A stretch of DNA of 64,000 nucleotides from Oscillospiraceae bacterium (GCA_004554485.1 SFLS01000003.1:12484-76483); one strand, 5' to 3'. Shown: positions 39,434 to 49,380, counted from the stretch's first letter. Made by a program: numbers and translations. Notes: generated by a model from the sequence alone, not told the origin.

Positions 39434-40174
39434 ATGGCGCAGAAGATCATCGAGGTAAAAGACCTGAAAAAATACTACAACGGCGGCGCAGTCCGCGCGC
39501 TGGATGGCGTAACGGTGGATATCTGCAAAGGAGAAGTAATCGCCGTGATCGGACCCTCCGGCGGCGGCAAAAGCACCTTCCTGCGCAGTCTGAACCTGCT
39601 GGAGACTCCCACCTCCGGCACCATCCTGGTGGATGGGGTGGAGATCACCGGCAAAAAGGTGGATCTGCCCCGCCACCGGCAGAAGATGGGGATGGTGTTC
39701 CAGCACTTTAATCTGTTTCCCCACAAGTCGGTGCTGGAGAACCTGACCATGGCGCCCATCCACATCAAGGGGATGGAAAAAGAGCAGGCCGAGCAAAAGG
39801 CAATGGAGCTTCTGAGTCGGGTGGGACTCGCGGACCGTGCAGGAGCCTATCCGGCCCAGCTTTCCGGCGGGCAGAAGCAGCGGGTCGCCATTGTGCGGGC
39901 GCTGGCCATGGAACCGGAGGTCATGCTGTTCGATGAGCCGACCAGCGCGCTGGACCCCGAAATGGTGGGGGAGGTGCTGGAGGTCATGCGGGAGCTGGCG
40001 CACGAGGGGATGACGATGGTGATCGTCACCCACGAGATGGCCTTCGCGCGGGAGGTAAGCAGCCGGGTACTGTTTATGGAAGAGGGCAAGCTGGGCGAGG
40101 AGGGAACGCCGGAAACGGTGTTCAGCCATCCGCAAAGCCCCAGGCTGCAAAGCTTTTTGAAGAAGATGCTGTAA
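39434..40174 (+). CDS. Polar amino-acid ABC ATPase (GlnQ/ArtR-like)
   Basis: [28 protein letters not shown]. Confidence 0.95.
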   Translation: MAQKIIEVKDLKKYYNGGAVRALDGVTVDICKGEVIAVIGPSGGGKSTFLRSLNLLETPTSGTILVDGVEITGKKVDLPRHRQKMGMVFQHFNLFPHKSVLENLTMAPIHIKGMEKEQAEQKAMELLSRVGLADRAGAYPAQLSGGQKQRVAIVRALAMEPEVMLFDEPTSALDPEMVGEVLEVMRELAHEGMTMVIVTHEMAFAREVSSRVLFMEEGKLGEEGTPETVFSHPQSPRLQSFLKKML

Positions 40175-40186
40175 GGAGGCCGGAGG

Positions 40187-41620
40187 GTGAACGGGCAAAA
40201 GCAGGCGGCGCTGGCCGCCATAGAAGAAAAAAAGCAGCTGGTCGCCGGCGTGGCGGATCAAATATGGGAGTATGCCGAGCTATCGTTGCAGGAGGTCCAG
40301 TCGGCGGCGCTGTATGTCCGGGTGCTGCGGCAGGAGGGCTTTGCCGTTGAGGAGGGGATCTGCGGGATCCCCACCGCCTTTTCCGCCTCCTTTGGGACGG
40401 GACGGCCGGTCATCGGCATTCTGGCGGAATACGACGCCCTCTCCGGACTGTCGCAGCAGGGCGGCTGCCCTGTCCGTCGGGAACTGACCCCCGGCGGTAC
40501 CGGCCACGGCTGCGGACATCATCTGCTGGGGGCGGGGGCGCTGGCCGCCGCGTTGGGCGTCAAGCATTATCTGCAGCAGACCGGGCACCCCGGTACGGTG
40601 GTGCTGTACGGCTGCCCCGGCGAGGAGGGCGGCGCGGCCAAGGCCTTTATGGCGCGGGAAAAGCTGTGGTACGGCCTGGATGCGGCGCTGACCTGGCACC
40701 CGGATGACTGCAACGAGGTGGCCACCGGCTCCAGCAACGCCTGTATTCAGGTGCAGTATACCTTCCACGGGGTGGCGGCCCACGCCGCCGGCGACCCCGA
40801 AAAAGGCCGCAGCGCGCTGGACGCCGTTTCGTTGATGAATCTCGGCGTGCAGTTCCTGCGGGAGCACATGGAGCCGCAGGCCCGCATCCACTATGCCGTG
40901 ACCGACACCGGCGGCTGCAGCCCCAATGTAGTGCAGGCCAGGGCCTCGGTGCTGTATATGGTGCGCTCCGACAGGGTCAAAAAGGCGCTGGAGCTGCAGG
41001 CCCGTGTGGATAAGATTGCCGAAGGTGCGGCCCTGATGACCGAAACGAGCTGCCGGCGCAAATTTATCGACGGCCTGGCGGAGACGATCCCCAACCACGC
41101 GTTGGAGGCGCTGCTGTACCGGAATTTCAGCGAGGTAGGCGTTCCCGTCTATACCGGGGAGGAACAGGCCTTTGCCGCAGCCCTGGCCGCCACCTATGAG
41201 GCCGAAGGATATCTGCCCGGGGTGGGCCGGCAGGATGCCGGCTACGCCGCAGCCGTCAAAGCGATGAAGCCGGCCGGGGCGATGAACGATGTATTGCTGC
41301 CGCTGTATCAGGGCGAGGCGTTTTCGCCCGGTTCCACCGATGTGGGAGACGTCAGCTGGCAATGCCCCACGGCGCAGCTTCACGTGGCGGCCTGGCCCAA
41401 TGGCTGCCCCGGCCACAGCTGGCAGAACGTTTCCTGCGGCAAGACCTCCATCGGGCACAAGGCGGCGCTGTGCGCCGGCAAGGTGCTGTGCGCGGCGGCC
41501 GTCGACCTGCTGGAACAGCCCGAGCTGCTGCAGGCCGCCCACCGCGAACATGAGGAGAGGACGGCAGACGGCTATACCTTCCCCATTCCGCCTGATGCCG
41601 TTCCCACCATTCCGGACTGA
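40187..41620 (+). CDS. M20-family amidohydrolase (AbgB-like)
   Basis: LAEYDALSGL, GHGCGHHL, GCPGEEG, WHP, GSTDVGDVSW. Confidence 0.9.
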   Translation: MNGQKQAALAAIEEKKQLVAGVADQIWEYAELSLQEVQSAALYVRVLRQEGFAVEEGICGIPTAFSASFGTGRPVIGILAEYDALSGLSQQGGCPVRRELTPGGTGHGCGHHLLGAGALAAALGVKHYLQQTGHPGTVVLYGCPGEEGGAAKAFMAREKLWYGLDAALTWHPDDCNEVATGSSNACIQVQYTFHGVAAHAAGDPEKGRSALDAVSLMNLGVQFLREHMEPQARIHYAVTDTGGCSPNVVQARASVLYMVRSDRVKKALELQARVDKIAEGAALMTETSCRRKFIDGLAETIPNHALEALLYRNFSEVGVPVYTGEEQAFAAALAATYEAEGYLPGVGRQDAGYAAAVKAMKPAGAMNDVLLPLYQGEAFSPGSTDVGDVSWQCPTAQLHVAAWPNGCPGHSWQNVSCGKTSIGHKAALCAGKVLCAAAVDLLEQPELLQAAHREHEERTADGYTFPIPPDAVPTIPD

Positions 41621-41715
41621 CCGCAACATAAATAATCACGCCGCTCCTGTCCCGGCCGGACAAGGGGCGGCGTGTGTTTTTCGGAGGGCGGTTTCTCAGC
41701 ACCGGAGCCCCCATT

Positions 41716-42171
41716 TTATTCTCCGCATTGCCGTTGTCCGCGGAAAAAGGCGGAAAGCAGCGCGGAACATTCCTCTGCCAGGACGCCGGAGGTCAAACGG
41801 GGGGCAGCGCCCAGGTCCAGGTGGGCCAGATTCAGGCGCGAACCAAGGCAGCCGTATTGTTCATCGGCGGCGCCGTACACCACCCGGCCCAGTCTGGCGT
41901 TGAGGATAACGCCGCTGCACATGGGGCAGGGCTCCAGCGTGACGTACAGGGTACAGTCCTCCAGCCGCCAGTCCCCCCGCGCCCGGCAGGCCTGCTCGAT
42001 GGCCCGCACCTCAGCGTGCCCCAGCGGGGAATGGGTGGCCTCTCGGTCGTTATGGGCGGCAGCCAGCACGGTATCGCCGCACACCACCACCGCCCCCACC
42101 GGAATTTCCCCGGCTGCGGCGGCTTTTTCGGCTTCGGCCAGGGCCAGCCGCATATAGTGCTCTTGGTTCAT
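41716..42171 (-). CDS. tadA: tRNA adenosine-34 deaminase
   Basis: GEIPVGAVVV, HAE, LYVTLEPCPMC. Confidence 0.9.
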   Translation of the reverse strand: MNQEHYMRLALAEAEKAAAAGEIPVGAVVVCGDTVLAAAHNDREATHSPLGHAEVRAIEQACRARGDWRLEDCTLYVTLEPCPMCSGVILNARLGRVVYGAADEQYGCLGSRLNLAHLDLGAAPRLTSGVLAEECSALLSAFFRGQRQCGE

Positions 42172-42213
42172 GGGGGAATACTCCTTTCGGGTCGTGGTAG
42201 GGGAGGGAAGGCT

Positions 42214-42301
42214 CCGGCCCCGCAGAGCGGCGATCCTGCGGATCGCCGGGGCGGACGCAGACCGCCCGCACGCGCCGCAGGCGTGTGCCCTGCGGGGCCG
42301 G
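42214..42301. repeat. Four-way-junction palindromic element, copy E
   Basis: CCGGCCCCGCAG...CTGCGGGGCCGG; arms with loops TGC, GCA, GCA; one mismatch and one G.T pair. Confidence 0.85.
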
Positions 42302-42321
42302 GCCGGGATTCTGCACAAACC

Positions 42322-43176
42322 TTATGCAGCCGGGAAAAACAGCGCGTTGCTCAGCAGCAGCACAAGGGAAAGCGCCAGCGGCACGGTAAACAGCTGCCGG
42401 GGACGGCCTCCCTTGGAAAGTGCCGGCTGCGGCCGGCGGCGGAGGAAAAGCAGTGAAACAGCGCCCAGCAGCAGGAGCGCCAGCAGCAGACCGGTGGTAA
42501 CGGGGCCGGGGTGATATGCGGTCAGATAGGCAACCAGATTGTTGCACAGGTGGAGCAGGATCGCCCAGCGAAGCGTCCCGGTCTGCAGGGTGACGACGCC
42601 CAACAGCAGTCCGGCGGCACAGGCCGGGATCCACTGGGACAGCGAGCCGTGCGCGGCCATGAACAGCAGCGCCGAGCAAAGGAGGGCGGCGCGGTCTCCG
42701 GCAGGGCGAAGCCCCTGCAGCACCGCCCCGCGGAACAGCAGTTCCTCCAGCAAGGCCGGGACGACCACGCGGGAAAGAAAACAAAGCACCGTTTCCATCG
42801 GGGCGCCGCCGGCAGAGGGATAAGGTGCGGGAACGCCGGATCCGGTCAGCAGGCGATGGAGGAGCTGGCCCAGCAGGTTGGCTGCCAGCAGAAGGAAAAG
42901 CCCGGCGGGCAGCAGCCACGGGGTACCGTTTCGCCCCCGCTGCAGCGGGCAAAGCACCGCGGCAGGGCGGCGCAGCAGCGCCAGGGTCAACCACAGCGGC
43001 AGCGCCAGCATGGCCGCCTGGAGAATCAGTCCCAGGGCGGCCGCCGCCGTCGGCGGCAGGCAGGGCAGATATTCCCGCTCCAGCCAGGCGGTCAGCCGCA
43101 TGGCGGCCCACAGCGCCAGCATCCCGCCGCCGCAGGCGGCGCTGCCAAAGCGGACTTCGGTATTTTGCCGCGGCAT
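42322..43176 (-). CDS. CPBP (CAAX) family intramembrane metalloprotease
   Basis: EELLFRG, LLFMAAHG, ILLHLCNN. Confidence 0.88.
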   Translation of the reverse strand: MPRQNTEVRFGSAACGGGMLALWAAMRLTAWLEREYLPCLPPTAAAALGLILQAAMLALPLWLTLALLRRPAAVLCPLQRGRNGTPWLLPAGLFLLLAANLLGQLLHRLLTGSGVPAPYPSAGGAPMETVLCFLSRVVVPALLEELLFRGAVLQGLRPAGDRAALLCSALLFMAAHGSLSQWIPACAAGLLLGVVTLQTGTLRWAILLHLCNNLVAYLTAYHPGPVTTGLLLALLLLGAVSLLFLRRRPQPALSKGGRPRQLFTVPLALSLVLLLSNALFFPAA

Positions 43177-43218
43177 GGCATGGCTCCTTTCCCGTTGATG
43201 GCATAAGCGGCAGAGCTT

Positions 43219-43301
43219 CGGCCCGCAGGGCCGGCCGCCGCAGGCGGCCGCTGCACGCGCAGCGTGCAGGCCCCGGCCCCGCCGGGGCGCCCTGCGGGCC
43301 G
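43219..43301. repeat. Four-way-junction palindromic element, copy F
   Basis: 13-bp closing stem + three perfect 8-bp arms (GCA, GCA, CCC). Confidence 0.92.
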
Positions 43302-43384
43302 TCCCGGTTACGGCTCTTACTGCCGTGGGCGGGGCAAAAGCCGGGCCCGCCCCCGCAAAAGAGGACGGGCAAAAAACAATCGGT

Positions 43385-44482
43385 TTAGACATTAAAGCGG
43401 AACAGCACCACATCGCCGTCCTGCATGATATAGTCCTTGCCCTCGCTGCGGATCAGTCCCTTTTCCTTGGCGGCCTGCAGCGAACCGCACTCCACCAGCG
43501 TCTCAAAGGGGACGACCTCCGCTCGGATAAAACCGCGCTCAAAATCGCTGTGGATCTTGCCGGCGGCCTGCGGTGCTTTGGTACCGCGGGTGATGGTCCA
43601 GGCGCGCACCTCCGGCTTGCCGGCAGTCAGGTAGCTGATCAGCCCCAGCAGGTCGTAGCCGGCGGTGACCAGCCGGTCCAGGCCGGACTGGTGCAGCCCC
43701 AGTTCCTCCAGGAACATCTGCCGGTCCTCCGGCTCCATCTGGGAAAGCTCTTCCTCCAGTTTGCCGCAGATGGGGACGACGCGGCTGCCTTCGGCCCCGG
43801 CGATCTCCACCACCTGCCGGTAGAGGGGATTATCGTTCAGGTCACCGGCAAAATCCGCTTCGCTGAGATTTGCCGCGTAGATGACCGGCTTGTTGGAAAG
43901 CAGGGGGCAGTCGGCAATCAGCTCTTTTTCTTCCTCGCTGCATTCAAAGCTGCGGGCGGATTTTCCCTCGCCCAGCCAGGCGTTCAGACGCTCGAAGAGG
44001 GCGGCCTCCGCCAGCGGCTTTTTATCGCCGCCCTTGGCCGCCTTTTTGCAGCGGTCGATCCGACGCTCCACCAGGTCGATATCGGAAAGCACCAGCTCCA
44101 GGTTGATGGTCTCGATATCCCGCGCCGGGCCGATATCCCCGCTGACATGGATGATCTCACCGTCCCGGAAGCAGCGGACGACGTGGACGATGGCATCCAC
44201 CTCCCGGATGTGGGAAAGGAATTTGTTGCCCAGACCCTCGCCCTGGGAAGCGCCCTTTACCAGCCCGGCGATATCCACAAACTCAATCACGGCGGGCGTG
44301 ACCTTATCGGGGTGGTACATTTCGCACAGCTTGTCCAGACGGGGGTCCGGCACCGGGACGACGCCGACGTTGGGCTCGATGGTGCAGAAGGGATAGTTGG
44401 CCGCGCCGGCCGCACCGCCGGTCAGGGCGTTAAAAATGGTGCTCTTGCCGACGTTGGGCAGACCCACGATACCGAGTTTCAT
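43385..44482 (-). CDS. ychF: Redox-regulated ATPase YchF
   Basis: GIVGLPNVGKST, ANYPFCTIEPN, DIAGLVKGASQGEGLGNKFL. Confidence 0.97.
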   Translation of the reverse strand: MKLGIVGLPNVGKSTIFNALTGGAAGAANYPFCTIEPNVGVVPVPDPRLDKLCEMYHPDKVTPAVIEFVDIAGLVKGASQGEGLGNKFLSHIREVDAIVHVVRCFRDGEIIHVSGDIGPARDIETINLELVLSDIDLVERRIDRCKKAAKGGDKKPLAEAALFERLNAWLGEGKSARSFECSEEEKELIADCPLLSNKPVIYAANLSEADFAGDLNDNPLYRQVVEIAGAEGSRVVPICGKLEEELSQMEPEDRQMFLEELGLHQSGLDRLVTAGYDLLGLISYLTAGKPEVRAWTITRGTKAPQAAGKIHSDFERGFIRAEVVPFETLVECGSLQAAKEKGLIRSEGKDYIMQDGDVVLFRFNV

Positions 44483-44639
44483 AATGCTGTTCTTCCTTTC
44501 TGTGGCAGTTGCTGTTCTTCATTATAGAGGTTTTGGGGAGGATTGGCAAGGGGGAGCCGCGGCCCATTTGCGGACAAAACGCAAAAAGAAAAACGCCGCC
44601 CCGGGCAAAGGGGCAGCGTAAGGTCTTTCGGCAAGGGGC

Positions 44640-46097
44640 TCAGCCCAGCTTGGCCAGGGCGGCGCGGATGCGGGAAAGGGTTTCCTCCCGGCCCAGCACC
44701 ACGGCCAGCTCGATGCCGCCGCCGGGGGTGAACTGCTTGCCGGAAACGGCCACCCGCAGGGGGTACAGCAGCCAGCCGTTCTTGACGCCCAGCTTTTCAA
44801 TTTCAGCAAATAGCGCCTCGTGGATAGCGGTCTGGTTCCACTCGGGCAGATTTTCCAGAATCGGCAACACGGCGGTCAGCGCCTCCTTGGCACTCTCCGG
44901 AGTGGTTTTCATCTTTTTGCTGGTATAAAGCGCGGTGTCGTAGTCCGGCACGGCGTCGATAAAGTCCACCTGCTCCGGAATGTCGCTGAGCGCCTCGCAG
45001 CGGGTCTGCAGCACGGTGCAAAGCTCCCGCAGGTCGGCGGTCTCGCTCTTTACCGTTTTGCGGATCCAGGGCAGCGCCTTTTCGTAGAATTCCTCAGCAG
45101 AAAGCGCGCGGATATACTCACCGTTGATGTAGCGCAGCTTCTGCAGATCAAAGACGGCAGGGCTCTTGGAAATGCCGGAGATATCGAATTCCTTGACCAG
45201 CTCCTCCAGCGAGAAGATCTCCCGGTCGCCCTTGGGGCTCCAGCCCAGCAGGGCAATATAGTTGAGGATGGCGGGGGTCAGGTAGCCCATCTGCACCAGG
45301 TCCTCGTAGGAAGCGTCGCCATGGCGTTTGCTGAGCTTATGGGTCGCATCCCGCATGACCGGAGCGCAGTGGATATACTTGGGGATCTCCCAGCCGAAGG
45401 CCTCGTACAGCAGGTTGTACTTGGGGGTGGAGGAAAGGTATTCGTTGCCGCGGATGACGTGGGTGATGCCCATGGTGTGGTCGTCCACCACGTTGGCAAA
45501 GTTGTAGGTGGGCATACCGTCGCCTTTGATCAGGATCTGATCATCAAGGGTGCTGCAGTCCACGGTCACGTCGCCGTACACCTCGTCGTGGAAGGTAACG
45601 GTGCCTTCGGTGGGGACCTTCTGCCGGATAACGTAAGGCACGCCGGCGGCCAGCTTGGCCTCCACCTCTTCCTTGGAAAGGTTGCGGCAATGGCCGTCGT
45701 AGCGGGGCGCCATGCCGGAGGCCTCCTGCACCTTGCGCACCTCCTCCAGCCGCTCCTTGTCGCAGAAGCAGTAGTAGGCATGGCCGCTTTCCACCAGCTT
45801 CAGGGCATATTCCTTGAACATATCCATCCGCTGGCTTTGGATATAGGGGCCGACGGGTCCGCCGATATCGGGACCCTCATCCCAGATGAGGCCGGTTTCT
45901 TTCAGCGTTTTATAGATGATCTCGACGGCGCCTTCTACCTGACGCTCCTGGTCGGTGTCCTCAATCCGCAGCAGAAAACGGCCGTTGTGGCCTTTGGCGA
46001 CAAGATAGGCGAACAGCGCGGTACGCAGGTTGCCGACGTGCATATAGCCGGTGGGGCTGGGGGCAAACCGGGTACGAACATGGTCGAACTGGAACAT
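44640..46097 (-). CDS. gltX: Glutamate--tRNA ligase
   Basis: [29 protein letters not shown]. Confidence 0.97.
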   Translation of the reverse strand: MFQFDHVRTRFAPSPTGYMHVGNLRTALFAYLVAKGHNGRFLLRIEDTDQERQVEGAVEIIYKTLKETGLIWDEGPDIGGPVGPYIQSQRMDMFKEYALKLVESGHAYYCFCDKERLEEVRKVQEASGMAPRYDGHCRNLSKEEVEAKLAAGVPYVIRQKVPTEGTVTFHDEVYGDVTVDCSTLDDQILIKGDGMPTYNFANVVDDHTMGITHVIRGNEYLSSTPKYNLLYEAFGWEIPKYIHCAPVMRDATHKLSKRHGDASYEDLVQMGYLTPAILNYIALLGWSPKGDREIFSLEELVKEFDISGISKSPAVFDLQKLRYINGEYIRALSAEEFYEKALPWIRKTVKSETADLRELCTVLQTRCEALSDIPEQVDFIDAVPDYDTALYTSKKMKTTPESAKEALTAVLPILENLPEWNQTAIHEALFAEIEKLGVKNGWLLYPLRVAVSGKQFTPGGGIELAVVLGREETLSRIRAALAKLG

Positions 46098-46276
46098 AAT
46101 TCTTCATCCTTTGTGATATGAAAATTGTAACGGGCAACCCCCGCATTTTTACTAATTTATACTACCGCCAAAGCCTGCGGCTGTCAAGGAGAAAGTAGCT
46201 GCATACCGCCCGCCCGGCTCTGCTTTGCCAAAAAAGCCGGAGCCTCCCGCGAACGGGAGGCTCCGGCAGCGGAAGG

Positions 46277-47311
46277 TTACCACTTATTATAAACCTTTTC
46301 GGCAAAGCCCAGCAGGTCCCGGATCTCCAGCCGGGTGCCGTCATCCAGCACGGCGGTGCCGGTAAAGCGGCCAAATACCTGATGCTGGTCGCTGCAGATG
46401 ATGCCGATATCGGTGCAGCTGGCCCGGTCCAGCACCGGCGTAAAGGCCATTTCGAACCGGCCGTCGCTGGAGGTAAAGCGCCACGGGCTCATAAAGTCAT
46501 CCCGGCCGTCCTTCTGCGGGATCCCAAAGGTCAGGCGGTCCAGCTTGTGGGCAACGCCGTCGTAAAACAGCATATTTTCGCTGGCAGCGCCGGTATCCCC
46601 AAAGCCGTAGCCGATATTAAAGCCGAAGGGCCGGCCGTTTACCAGGCCGTTGCCGCTGCCCCAGTACCAGGTGTTTTTATAGGTCCAGACGCCGCGGCCC
46701 CAGTCCAGTGTGGCAAAGGTCTCGGCAGGGTCAAACTCGATAACCTGCCCGTCCCATTCCACCCGGCCGGCGGCACGCATACAGTTGATCTTCTGGTTGT
46801 AATAAAAGGCCTTTTTATCCTCGGCAAAGGGGGTCACAATCACCATGGAATCCTGCGGCGTGTCGGTCAGGGTGAATTCCGCCGTGACCGGCTTGCGGTC
46901 CAGAAAATTTTTGACCCAGGCCGTCAGGCGGCGGGTGCCGTCCGGCAGCACCTTAAAGCAGAAATCGGCGTCCTTGCGCCGCACGGCGACGTCTCCGGCG
47001 GCGCTGCTGGCCGGGAACCCCGTTTTGCCGCCGGGGAAGGGAAAGATGATATTGACGGTGCGTTCCCACGGCCGCGAAAAATCCAGCAGCGAAAAGCCCA
47101 GAAGACCCATGTAGCTGTTGTCGTCAATGGTCAGGGCGACGCCCCAGCGGTCGTTCATGATCAGGTAGTAATCCCACTCCTTGATGCGGTGGGCGGCGGC
47201 GCGGATGGCCCGGCGGTCGTACTGCTTAATGAGACTGCGGGCAAAGCCGGCTTCGCACAGCTCGCCCTGTTCGTTCAGCAGCGGGCCGGGGGTGGTCAGT
47301 TCTTTCTGCAT
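46277..47311 (-). CDS. DUF2804 family protein
   Basis: RIKEWDYY, FYYNQKINCM, LDWGRGVW, GFNIGYGFG, QHQVFG. Confidence 0.8.
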   Translation of the reverse strand: MQKELTTPGPLLNEQGELCEAGFARSLIKQYDRRAIRAAAHRIKEWDYYLIMNDRWGVALTIDDNSYMGLLGFSLLDFSRPWERTVNIIFPFPGGKTGFPASSAAGDVAVRRKDADFCFKVLPDGTRRLTAWVKNFLDRKPVTAEFTLTDTPQDSMVIVTPFAEDKKAFYYNQKINCMRAAGRVEWDGQVIEFDPAETFATLDWGRGVWTYKNTWYWGSGNGLVNGRPFGFNIGYGFGDTGAASENMLFYDGVAHKLDRLTFGIPQKDGRDDFMSPWRFTSSDGRFEMAFTPVLDRASCTDIGIICSDQHQVFGRFTGTAVLDDGTRLEIRDLLGFAEKVYNKW

Positions 47312-47379
47312 GGGGGACCTCCTTGATAATGTCATTCCGGGGCGCGGCCCCGGGCGGGGAGAGTGCAGGGGGAAAGGCA

Positions 47380-47464
47380 CGGCCCGCAGGGCCGGCTGCC
47401 GCAGGCAGCCGCGGCGATCTTCGATCGCCGGCCCCGCCCTCCGGACGGGGCGCCCTGCGGGCCG
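47380..47464. repeat. Four-way-junction palindromic element, copy G
   Basis: 13-bp closing stem; arms with loops GCA, TTC, TCC. Confidence 0.9.
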
Positions 47465-47533
47465 CCCGGTTTCCGGCTTTTTGCCGATCAGGCTTCGGCC
47501 GCCCGGTTTCCGGCTTTTTGCCGATCAGGCTTC
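47460..47533. repeat. 37-bp tandem duplication
   Basis: GGCCGCCCGGTTTCCGGCTTTTTGCCGATCAGGCTTC x2 (47460-47496, 47497-47533). Confidence 0.95.
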
Positions 47534-47722
47534 GGCGGCCCGGTTCAGCGCCTCCATCAGCGCGGGGACGTCGATGCCGTGGGCCAGCGCGCCCTGCTCG
47601 ATGTTCTCAAAGTGGGCGGCGGCGCAGCCGATGCAGCCCATGCCGAAGCGCTGCAGCACCTCCACGGTAGCAGGATATTTCTGTACAGTCTCCATAATAC
47701 CCATCTCTTTGGTGATCAGCAT
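47525..47722 (-). CDS. DUF1858 domain protein
   Basis: ITKEMGIMETVQKYP...GMGCIGCAAAHFENIEQGALAHGID. Confidence 0.88.
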   Translation of the reverse strand: MLITKEMGIMETVQKYPATVEVLQRFGMGCIGCAAAHFENIEQGALAHGIDVPALMEALNRAAEA

Positions 47723-47932
47723 ATATTTTCATTCTCCTCTGCATTAAAATAACGGTTTTTTACCACTTTCAGTATAGTAGCTTTCCCCGAATTTGTAAAC
47801 AGAATCCGAACTTTTTTGCAGGGGCGGGCCAACCGCCCCACCTTGATTGACAAGCAGCGGCGGGATGGTGTAAAATAATGCCGTCCCAACCAGAAAGGAC
47901 GCATAATACCAGAAAGAAGCATGAGGAATGCC

Positions 47933-48835
47933 ATGAAAAAGACAACACGCCTGCTCACCCTGCTGCTGGCCCTTTGCATGATACTGACCCTGAGCGCCTG
48001 CGGCAAAGATCCGGTGGCTCCTGTCGACCCCGTCGACCCGGCCGGCCCCACCTCCCCCGAGGACCCCAACGGCGAGGGAGAGCTTACCAAAGAAGAACAG
48101 CTCAAGGAGCTGCAGAAAAAGATGCTGGAGAATACTCTGGCAATGCAGCAGAAGAACAAGCATACCATCGGCTGGCTTTATATCGACGGCACCACCATCG
48201 ATGATGTGGTGGTCAAGGTGGATTACAGTGATTATAAAAACGAGCATTACCTGCGGCTCAATGCCTATGGGGAATATGATAACGACGGCTGCTACTTTGC
48301 CGATTGGCGCTGCAAATCCGGCGGCCGGGAGGCCCTTTCCAAAAACACGGTGATCTACGGCCACAACCTGGGCCGCCCCCAAAACAGCATTTTTTTCGAT
48401 AAAGAGAACCACGCAAACGGCCCCAAGTTCGCGCAGCTGCTGAAATACCAGGACCCGGAGTTTGCCAGGAGCCACCCGTACATCTACTATTCCACCATCG
48501 AAGAGGATATGGTCTGGCAGGTCTTTGCCGTCTTTTACACCGATATCAGCTTTGACTATATCAACCCGGCCCCGACCGACGCGGCCTATACCAGCCTGCT
48601 GAAAAAGGCGCAGGACCTTTCCTTCTACGACTACGACGTGGAGGTGACCAGCAACGATAAGATCCTGACCCTTTCCACCTGCACCTACCGCCTGGCCGAT
48701 AATACCAAACTGCATTACCCGAACAACTACCGCTATGTTGTAATGGCCAAGCTGCTGCCCGCCGGCGCCGAGCTGGCGGATGAGGTGGCGCTGACCGTCA
48801 CCAAGAACGCCCCCAAACAGCCCGCGGCGCAATAA
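47933..48835 (+). CDS. Class B sortase with lipoprotein signal
   Basis: LSAC lipobox; IGWLYIDGT, NTVIYGHN, ILTLSTC, YRYVVMAKL. Confidence 0.82.
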   Translation: MKKTTRLLTLLLALCMILTLSACGKDPVAPVDPVDPAGPTSPEDPNGEGELTKEEQLKELQKKMLENTLAMQQKNKHTIGWLYIDGTTIDDVVVKVDYSDYKNEHYLRLNAYGEYDNDGCYFADWRCKSGGREALSKNTVIYGHNLGRPQNSIFFDKENHANGPKFAQLLKYQDPEFARSHPYIYYSTIEEDMVWQVFAVFYTDISFDYINPAPTDAAYTSLLKKAQDLSFYDYDVEVTSNDKILTLSTCTYRLADNTKLHYPNNYRYVVMAKLLPAGAELADEVALTVTKNAPKQPAAQ

Positions 48836-48989
48836 AGCCCCCGGCGGGGAAACAAACAGAATACGGTTCAGGCCCGCCCGGCGGCACAGCGCCTTCCGGG
48901 AGGGCCTTTTTCAGAGCAAAACATCATCGTGCAAGCGAAAAAGCCCCTGCCGGAATTTCCGGCAGGGGCTTTGTAATCCGCAAAGAGGA

Positions 48990-49155
48990 TCAGAGCTTGG
49001 CGAGCTTATTACGGCAGCCGCGGCAGACATACTTGTCCTCGTAGGTGGCAAGCTCTTCCTTGGAACCGCAGAAAATGCAGTTGGGGAGATACTTTTTGAG
49101 AATGACCTGACCGCCCAAGGTTGTCCACTTTTCTTACGATGCCGGTAGATTTCAT
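48990..49155 (-). pseudogene. abrB: AbrB transition-state regulator with frameshifting internal deletion
   Basis: MKSTGIVRKVDNLGR, then in a shifted frame GGQVILKKYLPNCIFCG...VCRGCRNKLAKL*; AGGAGG RBS; 166 nt total. Confidence 0.85.
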
Positions 49156-49380
49156 TGTACAATTCCTCCTTGTGAATGGATTAGCTTGTCTGAACTTCCA
49201 AATTCTTACATTATTCTATCTTTTCTTAATCTTTTTATGAAGTATACCATTTAATTCCATGAAAAACAAGAGGGAATCTGTCAAAAAACATCAAAAGGAA
49301 TGGACAATTTTTGGCCTGAAAGCCCCGCCTTTTTGGGAAAATTTACTGAAAAAACGCAAAAACGCAAAATTGGTGCATTC

